Shown here piece by piece: positions 40,892 to 50,042 of a stretch of DNA of 58,207 nucleotides. The stretch covers positions 1 through 58,207 of the forward strand of contig VGCA01000002.1 of NCBI GenBank assembly GCA_016870245.1. The letters are read 5' to 3'. Positions within the stretch are counted from its first letter, which is position 1. Each line of letters starts with the position of its first letter. Under the pieces are notes generated by a model that had not been told where the DNA came from, ran no database searches, and saw nothing but the letters and a program-made list of their open reading frames with translations. A program made the translations under genes and the position numbers. Source of the stretch: Actinomycetota bacterium. GTDB lineage: Bacteria > Actinomycetota > Acidimicrobiia > IMCC26256 > PALSA-555.

Positions 40892-41829
40892 CAGATGTGC
40901 ACCCCGACGGCGAACGTCGCGGCCCACAGCACGCCGAGCACCTGGATCATCCGGTCGTTGAGCACGACGTCCTCGGGTGCGCCGCCGCCGCCCTGCTCGA
41001 CCACGTGCGCGTAGCGCAGGATGGCGAGGACGAACGGGACGATCGAGATCTCGAACCAAGTTTGGGACCCGACCTGCGCCGCGTTCTCAAACGCCCACAG
41101 GCAGTACGCGGTGATGGTGACGCCCGCGGCCACCGCCCGCACGAAGCTGAGGTAGCCCCGGGTGTACGCCGTGAGGGGGGACCGGTGGGCACCGCCGGCG
41201 TCGCCCATCTCGATCTGCTCGGCGTAGCGCTTGCCGGTCACCATGAACAGCGACGCACCGCCGGCCACGATCAGGAACCAGTCGGAGATGTGCACGCCGG
41301 TGGCGACACCACCGGCGATCGCCCGGATCACGAACCCTGCCGCGACCACGCCGAGGTCGATGACCGGCTCGTGCTTGAGCCACGCGCTGTAGGACATGGT
41401 GAGCGCGACGTAGCCGGCCACCACGACGGCGAGCTGGCCGTCGCGCACGGGGAGGGCGACGAGGATGCCGGCGACGACCAGCACCGCCGCCCACGCCTTC
41501 CCGGCCCGCTCGCTGATGTGCCCGGCGGCGATCGGGCGGAACCGCTTCGACGGGTGGAGCCGGTCGGCGTGGGCATCGAGCGCGTCGTTGAAGAAGTAGG
41601 TGCCGCTGGCCGCCAGGCAGAACGCGACGAACGCGACCAGGGTCTGGAGGAAGTGGTCCCACTCGGTGAGCACGCCCGCGGCGGCGGGCGCCGCGAAGAC
41701 CAGCACGTTCTTCGTCCACTGCTTCGGGCGCGCCTCGCGAACGAGCGAACGCCAGGTGGCAGGGAGGACCGGCGCCGCGGGCGGGTCGCCCGGTTTGCCG
41801 ACCCCGTGGGAGTGTGTGCCCTCGGTCAT
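40891..41829 (-). CDS. Decaprenyl-phosphate phosphoribosyltransferase (UbiA family)
   Basis: [15 protein letters not shown]...D..HP.KR.RPIA and G..PED. Confidence 0.9.
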   Translation of the reverse strand: MTEGTHSHGVGKPGDPPAAPVLPATWRSLVREARPKQWTKNVLVFAAPAAAGVLTEWDHFLQTLVAFVAFCLAASGTYFFNDALDAHADRLHPSKRFRPIAAGHISERAGKAWAAVLVVAGILVALPVRDGQLAVVVAGYVALTMSYSAWLKHEPVIDLGVVAAGFVIRAIAGGVATGVHISDWFLIVAGGASLFMVTGKRYAEQIEMGDAGGAHRSPLTAYTRGYLSFVRAVAAGVTITAYCLWAFENAAQVGSQTWFEISIVPFVLAILRYAHVVEQGGGGAPEDVVLNDRMIQVLGVLWAATFAVGVHI

Positions 41830-41892
41830 GCTGCGGCGGTCAGGCTACCGGTGGGCGGCCGGGGACCGAGGGGAGGCCCGTAGACTCCCGTC

Positions 41893-42456
41893 GTGAGCAC
41901 GGCGCGCAAGGTGTACACCCGCACGGGCGACGACGGCACGACCGGCCTCCTCTACGGCGGGCGGGCCCGCAAGGACGGCCCCGGGCCCTCGGCGTACGGC
42001 ACGTCCGACGAGGCCGTGTCGGCGCTCGGGCTCGCCCGGGCCGATGCCGAGCGCGGCGGCGAGCTCGACACGCTGCTGATCCGGCTCCAGCGGGAGCTGT
42101 TCGTGGTGGGCGCCGAGCTCGCGACCGAGCCCGAGCACCGCGACCGGCTCACCGACGGCGTCACCCGCGTCACCGAGGCGATGGTCGCCGACCTCGAGCC
42201 GGTCATCGACGACATCACGAGCCGTTACGACCCGCCCCGGGAGTTCGTCCTGCCGGGGGAGACCCGGATCGCCGCCGCCCTCGACCTCGCCCGAACGGTC
42301 GTGCGGCGGGCCGAGCGCGACGCCGTCGCGGCGACGGCGGCCGGCTGGCTCGAGCCGGAGAGCCAGGTGGTCCCGTACCTCAACCGGCTCGCCGACCTCG
42401 TCTACACCCTGGCCCGCTGGCAGGAGGGCGAGTACCGCCCCGCCCGCGCGCCCTGA
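41893..42456 (+). CDS. pduO: ATP:cob(I)alamin adenosyltransferase, PduO type
   Basis: VYTRTGDDGTT, FVLPG, RTVVRRAER and YLNRL.D. Confidence 0.93.
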   Translation: MSTARKVYTRTGDDGTTGLLYGGRARKDGPGPSAYGTSDEAVSALGLARADAERGGELDTLLIRLQRELFVVGAELATEPEHRDRLTDGVTRVTEAMVADLEPVIDDITSRYDPPREFVLPGETRIAAALDLARTVVRRAERDAVAATAAGWLEPESQVVPYLNRLADLVYTLARWQEGEYRPARAP

Positions 42457-42499
42457 TCCACCCGTTCCGCACCACCCCGCCCACCCGGGAGGAGCCCCC

Positions 42500-44209
42500 G
42501 TGGCCATCACCGTCACCGCCGCCGCCCAGCGCCCCGACACCGCCCGGGCCGACCTGCTCGTCGTCCCCGCCGGTCCCGACGGTCCCATCGGCGCCGCCGC
42601 CCCCGTCGTGAAGAAGGCGCTCGGCGCCACGCTCGGCGCCGTGGTCGCGGCCACCGGGTTCGAGGGCAAGCCGGGCCAGACCGCGTTCGTGCCGTCCGCC
42701 GGCGGGCTGCGGGTCGGGGCCGTGCTCCTGCTCGGCGTCGGCGACCCCGACAAGGTCACGGTCGACGGGCTGCGCCGGGCCGGGGCCACGCTCGCCCGTG
42801 CGGCATCCAAGGTGCGCGCCGTCGCGACCACGCTGGTCGACGCCGCGCCACGCGGGAAGGCCGATGCGGCGGCGCAGGCCGTGGCCGAGGGCGTGGTGCT
42901 CGGTGCCTACCAGTTCCTCGAGTACAAGTCGCAGGCCACCGCCACCGCGCTGCGTCGGGTGGCCGTGCTCGATGGTCGCGCCGAGGTGCGGCGGGGCGTC
43001 GAGCGCGGCTCGGTGGTGGGCAACGCCGCGGCCTGGGCGCGCGACCACGTCAACGAGCCGCCCGACATGCAGTCGCCGGCCCAGTTCGTCGCATCGGCTC
43101 GGCGGCTCCTGTCGGGAACCGGCGTGCGCGTGCAGGTCATGACCGAGGCCCAGATCCGGGCCCAGCGCCTCGGTGGCGTGGCCGGCGTGGGCCAGGGCTC
43201 GGCCCGGCCGCCCCGCTTCCTCACGATCTCCTACGAGCCGGCCCGCCGCGCCTCGGGGCATCTCGCCCTCGTCGGCAAGGGCGTGGTGTTCGACTCCGGC
43301 GGCCTGTCGCTCAAGACCGCCGGCGGGATGGAGGCGATGAAGACCGACATGTCGGGCGCCGCCGCGGTGGTCGCGACGATGGCGGTCCTGCGCCGCCTCG
43401 GCGTGACCGCCCGGGTGACCGGCTACGTGCCGCTGGTCGAGAACATGCCGAGCGGCACCGCCATCCGTCCCGGTGACGTGCTGCGGATCCGCAACGGCAA
43501 GACCGTCGAGGTGCTCAACACCGACGCCGAGGGCCGACTGATCCTGGCCGACGCGCTGTCGCTCGCGGTCGAGGACGGCGTCGACGCCATCGTCGACCTC
43601 GCGACCCTCACCGGGGCGTGCATGGTCGCGCTCGGCGAGAAGATCGCCGGGCTGATGGGCAACCACGACGGCTGGCAGGGCCAGGTGCGCGCCGCCGCCG
43701 ACCGGGCCGGCGAGCCCGTGTGGCCGCTCCCGCTGCCCACCGACTACCGCAAGATGCTCGACAGCGAGATCGCCGACCTCAAGAACGTCAGCGCCGGCGG
43801 CTACGGCGGCGCGCTCACGGCGGGCATCTTCCTCGAGCAGTTCGTGGCCGACCGGCCGTGGGTGCACCTCGACATCGCCGGGCCGGCCCGGGCGTCGTCC
43901 GACGATGGCTACCTGGTGCGGGGGGGAACCGGATTCGGCGTGCGGACGTTGGTCGAGCTGGTAACCGAGTTCGCCGTCCCGGAGGGTCCCACCGCGGGGG
44001 CCGACGGGAGCCCGCAGAAGTCCCCCTCGGCGCGGGCCCGCCCGGTCGCCGCGAAGAAGGCACCGGCGAAGGGCGCCGCAAAGAAGACGACCGCCAAGCG
44101 GACGCCCGCGAAGAAGACCACCGCGAAGAAGACCACCGCGAAGAAGACCACCGCGAAGAAGACCACCGCGAAGAAGACCACCGCGAAGAAGACCACGAGG
44201 ACCCGATGA
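42500..44209 (+). CDS. pepA: M17 leucyl aminopeptidase with a Lys/Thr/Ala-rich C-terminal tail
   Basis: VGKGVVFDSGG, MKTDMSGAA, NTDAEGRL and DLATLTG. Confidence 0.94.
   Translation: MAITVTAAAQRPDTARADLLVVPAGPDGPIGAAAPVVKKALGATLGAVVAATGFEGKPGQTAFVPSAGGLRVGAVLLLGVGDPDKVTVDGLRRAGATLARAASKVRAVATTLVDAAPRGKADAAAQAVAEGVVLGAYQFLEYKSQATATALRRVAVLDGRAEVRRGVERGSVVGNAAAWARDHVNEPPDMQSPAQFVASARRLLSGTGVRVQVMTEAQIRAQRLGGVAGVGQGSARPPRFLTISYEPARRASGHLALVGKGVVFDSGGLSLKTAGGMEAMKTDMSGAAAVVATMAVLRRLGVTARVTGYVPLVENMPSGTAIRPGDVLRIRNGKTVEVLNTDAEGRLILADALSLAVEDGVDAIVDLATLTGACMVALGEKIAGLMGNHDGWQGQVRAAADRAGEPVWPLPLPTDYRKMLDSEIADLKNVSAGGYGGALTAGIFLEQFVADRPWVHLDIAGPARASSDDGYLVRGGTGFGVRTLVELVTEFAVPEGPTAGADGSPQKSPSARARPVAAKKAPAKGAAKKTTAKRTPAKKTTAKKTTAKKTTAKKTTAKKTTAKKTTRTR
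44108..44197 (+). repeat. 15-bp tandem repeat x6 encoding AKKTT
   Basis: GCGAAGAAGACCACC, five perfect copies and one near-perfect copy. Confidence 0.95.
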
Positions 44210-44649
44210 CGAGAAGACCGTTCACCCGTACCGTCGCCGCCACCGTCGCCGCCGGCGCGCTCGCGCTGGGCGTGGGCGGGCTGGGCCTCGCACCGGCCGG
44301 CGCGTCCGCACCGCAGACCGCCCCCGCCGGGTCGAGCGGCTCCGCCAAGGTCGAGGTCGGCGACAACTTCTTCAAGCCCCAGGACCTCGAGGTCACCGCA
44401 GGCACCAAGGTCACCTGGACCAACGAGGGCAAGGTGCTCCACAACGTCATCCCGGTGAAGAAGGGCAAGTGGACGGGCACGTCGGCCCTCACCAAGGGCA
44501 AGGCGTACTCGTACACGTTCAAGAAGCCGGGGACGTACAAGTACTACTGCACGTTCCACGGCTCGCCCACGGGCGGTCAGCACGGCTCGATCGTCGTCAC
44601 CAAGGCGGCGCCGCCGACCACGACCACCACGGCGCCCCCCGCCGGTTAG
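44206..44649 (+). CDS. Secreted cupredoxin (plastocyanin/azurin-like)
   Basis: Signal peptide, then F.P, VTWTN, HNV and PGTYKYYCTFH. Confidence 0.86.
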   Translation: MTRRPFTRTVAATVAAGALALGVGGLGLAPAGASAPQTAPAGSSGSAKVEVGDNFFKPQDLEVTAGTKVTWTNEGKVLHNVIPVKKGKWTGTSALTKGKAYSYTFKKPGTYKYYCTFHGSPTGGQHGSIVVTKAAPPTTTTTAPPAG

Positions 44650-44751
44650 TCGAGCGAGCGCCCGCGAGGCGCCTTCACCGGTGCCCGCACGCCGAGTCGA
44701 TCGACAGGACGCACAGCGATCGCCTCGCAGCGAGCGAGGCCACGGTGTGGA

Positions 44752-45936
44752 TCAGTGGCCGGTGGTGGTGCCGTCGGCCAGGGTGGCGTGCGGCAGGCAG
44801 AGGTCGTCGTACTCCGCGATCACGATCGGCGGCGCGTCGTCGCCGCAGGTGGGGCAGGTGGGGTCGCGCCGCACCTTGAAGGTGCGGAAGCTCTGCTCCA
44901 GTGCGTCGTAGGCGAGGAGGCGGCCGCGCAGCGGGTCACCGAGGTCGAGCAGGAGCTTGATCGTCTCGAGCGCCTGGATCGACCCGACGATGCCGGGGAG
45001 GACGCCGAGCACGCCGGCCTCCGCGCAGCTCGGGGCGAGCTCGGGCGGCGGCGGCTCGGGCAGCATGCAGCGGTAGCACGGCCCGTGGTACGGGTCGAAC
45101 ACCGTGACCTGGCCCTCGAAGCGGAAGATCGACCCGTGGACCACGGGGATGCGCTTGAGCACCGTGGCGTCGTTGAGCAGGTAGCGGGTCGGGAAGTTGT
45201 CGGTGCCGTCGAGCACGACGTCGTACCCGTCGATGATGTCGAGGACGTTGTCGGCACCGAAGCGCACGTCGTAGGTGACCACGTCGATGTCGGGGTTGAG
45301 GTTCGTGAGCGTCTTCTTGGCCGAGTCGACCTTGCGTTCGCCGATCCGGTCGATGTTGTGCAGGACCTGGCGCTGGAGGTTCGAGGCGTCGACGACGTCC
45401 ATGTCGACGATGCCGAGCGTGCCGACGCCCGCGGCCGCGAGGTACAGCGCGGCGGGGGAGCCGAGGCCGCCGGCGCCGAGCAGCAGCACCTTCGACTCGA
45501 GCAGCCGCCGCTGACCGGCCTCGCCCACCTCCGGGAGCAGCACGTGGCGGTGGTAGCGGTTGCGCTGCTCGGGTGAGAGCACGACCGGCGTGATCCACGG
45601 GCGGCCCTCGTTCTTCCAGCGGCCGAACCCGCCGGCCATGTGGACGACGTCCGTGTAGCCGAGCTGCTGGAGCGTGTCGGCCGCGAACACCGAGCGGGTG
45701 CCGCCAGCGCAGTAGATGACGACCGGCGCGTGCTTGTCGGGCAGCTTGCCCTCGGCCTGGCTCTCGAGGTGCCCACGGGGGATGAACACGGTGCCGGGGA
45801 TCATCCCCTGCTCGTACTCGTCGAGCTCGCGGACGTCGAGGAAGGTCGCGCCCCCGAGACGGGCCTCGGCCTCGGCGGGATCGATCTCGGTGATCCGCTG
45901 CTTCGTGGTGGCGAGGAGCTCGCGGAAGGTGGCCAT
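44752..45936 (-). CDS. moeB: Rhodanese plus MoeB/ThiF-family sulfur-carrier adenylyltransferase
   Basis: N-terminal LDVRE..E and YCAGGTRS; then GAGGLG, SNLQRQ, DGTDNF, CYRC and CPTC. Confidence 0.9.
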   Translation of the reverse strand: MATFRELLATTKQRITEIDPAEAEARLGGATFLDVRELDEYEQGMIPGTVFIPRGHLESQAEGKLPDKHAPVVIYCAGGTRSVFAADTLQQLGYTDVVHMAGGFGRWKNEGRPWITPVVLSPEQRNRYHRHVLLPEVGEAGQRRLLESKVLLLGAGGLGSPAALYLAAAGVGTLGIVDMDVVDASNLQRQVLHNIDRIGERKVDSAKKTLTNLNPDIDVVTYDVRFGADNVLDIIDGYDVVLDGTDNFPTRYLLNDATVLKRIPVVHGSIFRFEGQVTVFDPYHGPCYRCMLPEPPPPELAPSCAEAGVLGVLPGIVGSIQALETIKLLLDLGDPLRGRLLAYDALEQSFRTFKVRRDPTCPTCGDDAPPIVIAEYDDLCLPHATLADGTTTGH

Positions 45937-46015
45937 CGGGGAACCCTTTCCCGGGGGTGCGCACGAGGTGCGGCGTGCATCGGCGGCGTCGTGGAGGTCG
46001 TGTCGAAGGAGGGTA

Positions 46016-46040
46016 AAAGCCTACCTCCTTGGTCGGGTAT
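46016..46040. promoter_or_regulatory. Imperfect 10-5-10 inverted repeat, Rrf2 (IscR/CymR-like) operator candidate upstream of moeB
   Basis: Minus strand ATACCCGACC-AAGGA-GGTAGGCTTT, arms match at 7 of 10 positions; locally AT-rich. Confidence 0.5.
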
Positions 46041-46072
46041 TCCCCCAGGGGACCTCGGTCGGGTCCGGTGCG

Positions 46073-46810
46073 TCAGGTGCGGCGGGTGTAGGCGTTCATC
46101 AGCTCGTCCTGGAGCACGCCGTTGGCCCCGCTCGCATCGGGCGGGACCCGCAGGGGGCGGCGCAGGACCCGGGACCCGTACGACCAGCCGGGCGGGAGGG
46201 CGAGGCGGTCGCGGAGGTTCCGGAGGGCGCGCTCGTCGAGGGTGGGGTCGATCTGCTGGCTCCACGACTGCATCACGTAGACGGCGCCGTCGGGCGTGGT
46301 CAGCTCGTACACCCGGCGTCCGGCCGGCCACCTCATCGTCGTGTTCCGGACGACCCGCTGCTCCCTGTACGCCCCGGCGGTGATGTCGGTGGGGGCCAAC
46401 GCGACGGTGGCGAGCGGCTGCATCTCGATCCCGTCGAGATCGCGGGGCGGGCCCTGCGGCCCGACCTGCCGTCGGGCCGAGTCGATCAGCCAGTACCGGG
46501 GGCCGTTGCGCAGGGCGACGGCCACGCCGACGTCGCGCGCCACCGTCGCAGGATCGACCGCCGCCCACGCTTCGGCGGGGCACTCGTTCAGGCGGTAGGT
46601 GTTCCAGACCTGCGCGACGAGCATGCCGTCGGTCGGCGCGAGCAGGAGGAGCTCGCAGTAGCGGTCGCCCCGCATCCCGCGGGTCGTCGGTCCGTCGCCC
46701 GGGTCGGTCGGCTCCGCCGGTCCCGCGGCTCCGGTGGCTCCGGCGGGCGGGGCGAGCGCGCCGACCAGGGTCGCGATCGCCAGCGCGACGCCGAGCGCGC
46801 GCGCCCGCAT
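46073..46810 (-). CDS. Secreted hypothetical protein
   Basis: Signal peptide and coding-like codon usage. Motifs RYCE, VWNT...N.CP, NGPRYW and YVMQSWS. Confidence 0.72.
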   Translation of the reverse strand: MRARALGVALAIATLVGALAPPAGATGAAGPAEPTDPGDGPTTRGMRGDRYCELLLLAPTDGMLVAQVWNTYRLNECPAEAWAAVDPATVARDVGVAVALRNGPRYWLIDSARRQVGPQGPPRDLDGIEMQPLATVALAPTDITAGAYREQRVVRNTTMRWPAGRRVYELTTPDGAVYVMQSWSQQIDPTLDERALRNLRDRLALPPGWSYGSRVLRRPLRVPPDASGANGVLQDELMNAYTRRT

Positions 46811-46811
46811 C

Positions 46812-47576
46812 TCAGACCCGGCCCACGAGGTCGGGGAGCACGGTGCCGAGCTGCTCCCGGCTGATCGCCGCCGCGTGGCCGTCGAACGGGGTCGTCTGGG
46901 CGTTGACGATCACCAGGCGGGCCCGGTTGGCGAGCGCGAACTCGGGCAGGGCGGCGGCCGGGTAGACGGTGAGGGAGGTGCCGAGGGCGAGGAAGACGTC
47001 GGCCCTGGCCGCCGCCCGCTGGGCCCGCTGCAGGTCCTCGGGCACCAGGTTCTCGCCGAAGGAGATCGTGGCCGACTTCAGGATCCCGCCGCAGGCGTCG
47101 CAGCGGGGGTCGGCCTCACCCGCCCGCACCCGGTCCAGGGTGGGGCCCATCGGCCCCCGCCGGCCGCACGACAGGCACTTCACCTCGCGCACGTTGCCGT
47201 GGATCTCCACCACCCGCTCCGGCGCGGTCCCGGCCGCCTGGTGCAGCCCGTCGACGTTCTGCGTGACGATCGTGTGCAGCGCGGCCTTGCGCTCGAGGTC
47301 GGCGAGGGCCCGGTGGGCGTCGTTGGGCTCGGCGTCCCACATCCCGCTCGACAGGCGGTTCTGCCACGCCCGGGCCCGCACGTCGGGATCGTTGACGTAG
47401 TACTGGAGCGTCGCCGTCTTCTCGGCGTCGGGGTTCTTGGTCCACAGGCCCTGAGGGCCGCGGAAGTCGGGGATGCCCGACTCGGTGGAGATCCCGGCGC
47501 CGGTGAGGACGACGATCTGGTGCGCGTCGCGCAGCCACGCCGCGACCTCGTCGAGATCCATCACGGGCTCGTCCAC
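46812..47576 (-). CDS. cobB: Sir2-family NAD-dependent protein deacylase
   Basis: TGAGISTESGIPDFRG, TQNVDGLH, HG, two CxxC motifs and GTSL. GGAGG lies just before the GTG. Confidence 0.92.
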   Translation of the reverse strand: MDEPVMDLDEVAAWLRDAHQIVVLTGAGISTESGIPDFRGPQGLWTKNPDAEKTATLQYYVNDPDVRARAWQNRLSSGMWDAEPNDAHRALADLERKAALHTIVTQNVDGLHQAAGTAPERVVEIHGNVREVKCLSCGRRGPMGPTLDRVRAGEADPRCDACGGILKSATISFGENLVPEDLQRAQRAAARADVFLALGTSLTVYPAAALPEFALANRARLVIVNAQTTPFDGHAAAISREQLGTVLPDLVGRV

Positions 47577-47622
47577 GCGCGCCTCCTCGAACGATCGGAC
47601 GCCGCCGAGTATCGCGTGGCGG

Positions 47623-48318
47623 TCACCCCTCGATGTCGTCGAGGAACCCGAGCAGGGCCGCCGCGAGGTCGGCGGGCCGTTCGGGGAGCATGGCGTGGCC
47701 CATCCCGGTGAGCTCGAGCAGCCGGGCCCGCGCCCCGATCTCGTCGACGAGGGCACGGCCGTTGGCCGGTGGCGCCATCCGGTCGTCGAGTCCCTGCACG
47801 ACCAGGACCGGCACGGTCGTGCCCGCGGTCCACCAGTCGGTGATCGCCGTCGCCGACGCTGCCGCATGCTGGGCCCGGGCGAGGTCGGGGTCCCACCCGT
47901 CGACCCAGTCGTCGGGGATCGTCGAGCCCGGCGCGAACATCGCGATCCGCAGCGCATCGACCACGTCGTCGTGCGTGCCGCGGTCCCACATGATCCGTCC
48001 GAGCGCGGCGGTCGCCTCGTCGTCCCCGGGGAACCTTCCGCCCGCGCCGAACAGGGCGACCGACGCGACCCGGTCCGGATGGTCGGCGGCGGCGCACCGC
48101 ATCACGCGGTTGCCGAACGCGTGCCCCACGAGGTGGGCGCGCGCGATGTCGGCTGCGTCGAGCGCACGGATGACGCCATCGGCGAGGTCATGGAGGGTGT
48201 CGCCGGTGCCCGACTCCACCGGGTGCACCGAGTGCCCCGCCGACGCGAGCGCCGCGAGGATCGGCCCGAAGTCGGCGGCCGGTCGGCCGAGGCTCGGGTG
48301 GAGGACGATTGCCGGCAC
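47623..48318 (-). CDS. Alpha/beta-hydrolase-fold protein with an atypical GHAFG elbow
   Basis: HLVGHAFGNR, PVLVVQG.DD and GH...PE.P. Start inferred. Confidence 0.78.
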   Translation of the reverse strand: MPAIVLHPSLGRPAADFGPILAALASAGHSVHPVESGTGDTLHDLADGVIRALDAADIARAHLVGHAFGNRVMRCAAADHPDRVASVALFGAGGRFPGDDEATAALGRIMWDRGTHDDVVDALRIAMFAPGSTIPDDWVDGWDPDLARAQHAAASATAITDWWTAGTTVPVLVVQGLDDRMAPPANGRALVDEIGARARLLELTGMGHAMLPERPADLAAALLGFLDDIEG

Positions 48319-48376
48319 GCCCGCAGTATGCCGTCCGGCGACGACGCGTGCTGCGGGGCCGGCTCGGACGCGACGG

Positions 48377-48439
48377 GGCCCGGTCGGGTGCCGGGGGGCG
48401 CACCCGACCGGGCCGTCCGCGTGCCCGGATGGGCACGCG
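48377..48439 (-). terminator. Two adjacent GC-rich hairpins downstream of 48453..49064
   Basis: GGCCCGGTCGGGTGC/GCACCCGACCGGGCC (15-bp stem, 48377-48414) and CGCGTGCCC-GGAT-GGGCACGCG (48418-48439). No U-tract. Confidence 0.55.
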
Positions 48440-48452
48440 CACGCGGGGCCGG

Positions 48453-49064
48453 TCAGGGGGTGGGGGCTGGGAGCAGACCGGCTTCCCGCGCGGCGTCGCA
48501 GTGGCGGTCCCACGCCCAGCGGGCCGCGTCGTGGCAGACCGCGGGGTGGAAGCCGCAGGAGAACAGGGCGTGCTCGACGCAGTCGAGCGGCTCCCCCTGC
48601 TCGAGCAGGGTGAGGGCGAGACGGCGGGCCCGCCGCCGGGCGGTGGCCACCGGCGGGTCGTCGAGCTGGGCGTCGGCCCAGTCGGAGTGCTCGGCCTGCA
48701 CGGCGGCCGGGAGGCGCCGCACGTGGCGACGCTGCACGGGCGGGAGGCTGCGGCGGACCGCCACGGTCGTGTAGCCGTCGCTGCACGCGAGGTCGAACTG
48801 CTCCAGCCGGGTGAGCGTGCGCACGATCGGCGAGCTGTGGCCGTCGCGCTGTCCGAGCCCCAAGGCGTGGGAGGTCTCGGCGACGGGCAGCTCGATGGCG
48901 CCGGTGTGCCGCTCGAACCGACCGGCGAGGTGGCGCATCAGGAGCAGCGCGGTGGGTCCGAGGGTCGGGAGCCAGAAGGTCTCCGCGTAGCGCGATCGAG
49001 GGTCGTAGCCGATCGTGTCGAGGACGGGGTCGGGCCAGGGGGTGATCGTGAGGAGCTCGGGCAC
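48453..49064 (-). CDS. Hypothetical protein, possibly winged-helix
   Basis: GGAGG RBS before the GTG; coding-like codon usage. Motifs ETFWLPTLGPTA and RTLTRLEQFDL. Confidence 0.72.
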   Translation of the reverse strand: MPELLTITPWPDPVLDTIGYDPRSRYAETFWLPTLGPTALLLMRHLAGRFERHTGAIELPVAETSHALGLGQRDGHSSPIVRTLTRLEQFDLACSDGYTTVAVRRSLPPVQRRHVRRLPAAVQAEHSDWADAQLDDPPVATARRRARRLALTLLEQGEPLDCVEHALFSCGFHPAVCHDAARWAWDRHCDAAREAGLLPAPTP

Positions 49065-49286
49065 GGTGCCTCCCGCGAACGGAGAAGGTCGGACGGGGCA
49101 GGGCGGCGGGGTGCCGCCGGGGAAGCACGGGGCAGGACGGATTGCGACACGCTTCGTGACGGCGTGGTCGGGCGATCAGGCGCCGGCTCCACGGTCACCA
49201 GCGCAGCGTGGTTGACGCACACTGCACGAGACGCCGGCGTCTCCGATTTCGCGGACGAACGTCGACGCGTTGGTACGGTGCGTCAG

Positions 49287-50030
49287 ATGCGAGTCTTCGT
49301 GGTGACGCAGAACGAGCCCCTCTACGCCCCGCGCTATCTCGAAGCCATCGTCGAGTCCACGAACCACGACCTCGTGGGAGTCACTGCTCTCCCAGCCGGC
49401 GGCAAGCGCGGCTTCGCCCACCTCGTGCGCCAACGCCTCGCCATCTACGGGCCAGTCGATTTCGTGCGGGCGGGGTATCACTTCACCCGTTGCCGACTCT
49501 CCGGATCGGTTTCCAAGGTCGCGGCGTCCCGAGGAATACGAGTCGTTCCGTGCACCGACGTCAACGATGTCGAGTTCATTGCTGCGGTGCGAGATCTCGA
49601 CACCGACGTACTGGTGTCCATCGCGGCAAACCAGCGCTTCGGTCCCGCGCTCCTGGCGACGCCCCGCGTCGCTGCGGTCAACCTGCATTCGTCACTGCTT
49701 CCTAAGCACCGCGGGCTCGACGGACTCTTCTGGGCTCTCGCCGCCGGGGATACGACCGTGGGGGTGTCGGCACACCTCATGACTGCCAATTTCGATGAAG
49801 GAGCGATCCTTGGCCAGACGCCGTTTCCGGTGCCACCGGGAGCATCGCTGCATCAGATGTACGGGCTCGCGATCAGCCACGGCGCCCCGCTCCTCGAGCG
49901 TGTCCTCGATGACCTCGCTGCGGGCACCGTCGACGCACGGCCCAACGACCCAGCTGCCGGCAACTACAACTCGTGGCCGACCCCTGACGCGGTGCGGGAG
50001 TTCCGCCGCCGGGGCTACCGCTTCTTCTGA
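49287..50030 (+). CDS. Formyltransferase (Fmt-like, probably sugar N-formyltransferase)
   Basis: VNLHSSLLPKHRG, GVSAH and FDEGAIL. Confidence 0.83.
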   Translation: MRVFVVTQNEPLYAPRYLEAIVESTNHDLVGVTALPAGGKRGFAHLVRQRLAIYGPVDFVRAGYHFTRCRLSGSVSKVAASRGIRVVPCTDVNDVEFIAAVRDLDTDVLVSIAANQRFGPALLATPRVAAVNLHSSLLPKHRGLDGLFWALAAGDTTVGVSAHLMTANFDEGAILGQTPFPVPPGASLHQMYGLAISHGAPLLERVLDDLAAGTVDARPNDPAAGNYNSWPTPDAVREFRRRGYRFF

Positions 50031-50042
50031 AGGACGTTGACG

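Noticed and set aside
47623-49128. 501-aa ORF suggesting a long N-terminal extension of the hydrolase; likewise the extended starts of rmlB, rmlC, wzt and the sirtuin
   Set aside because: The extensions overlap neighbouring genes out of frame and are Arg/Pro-rich noise, so starts were trimmed.
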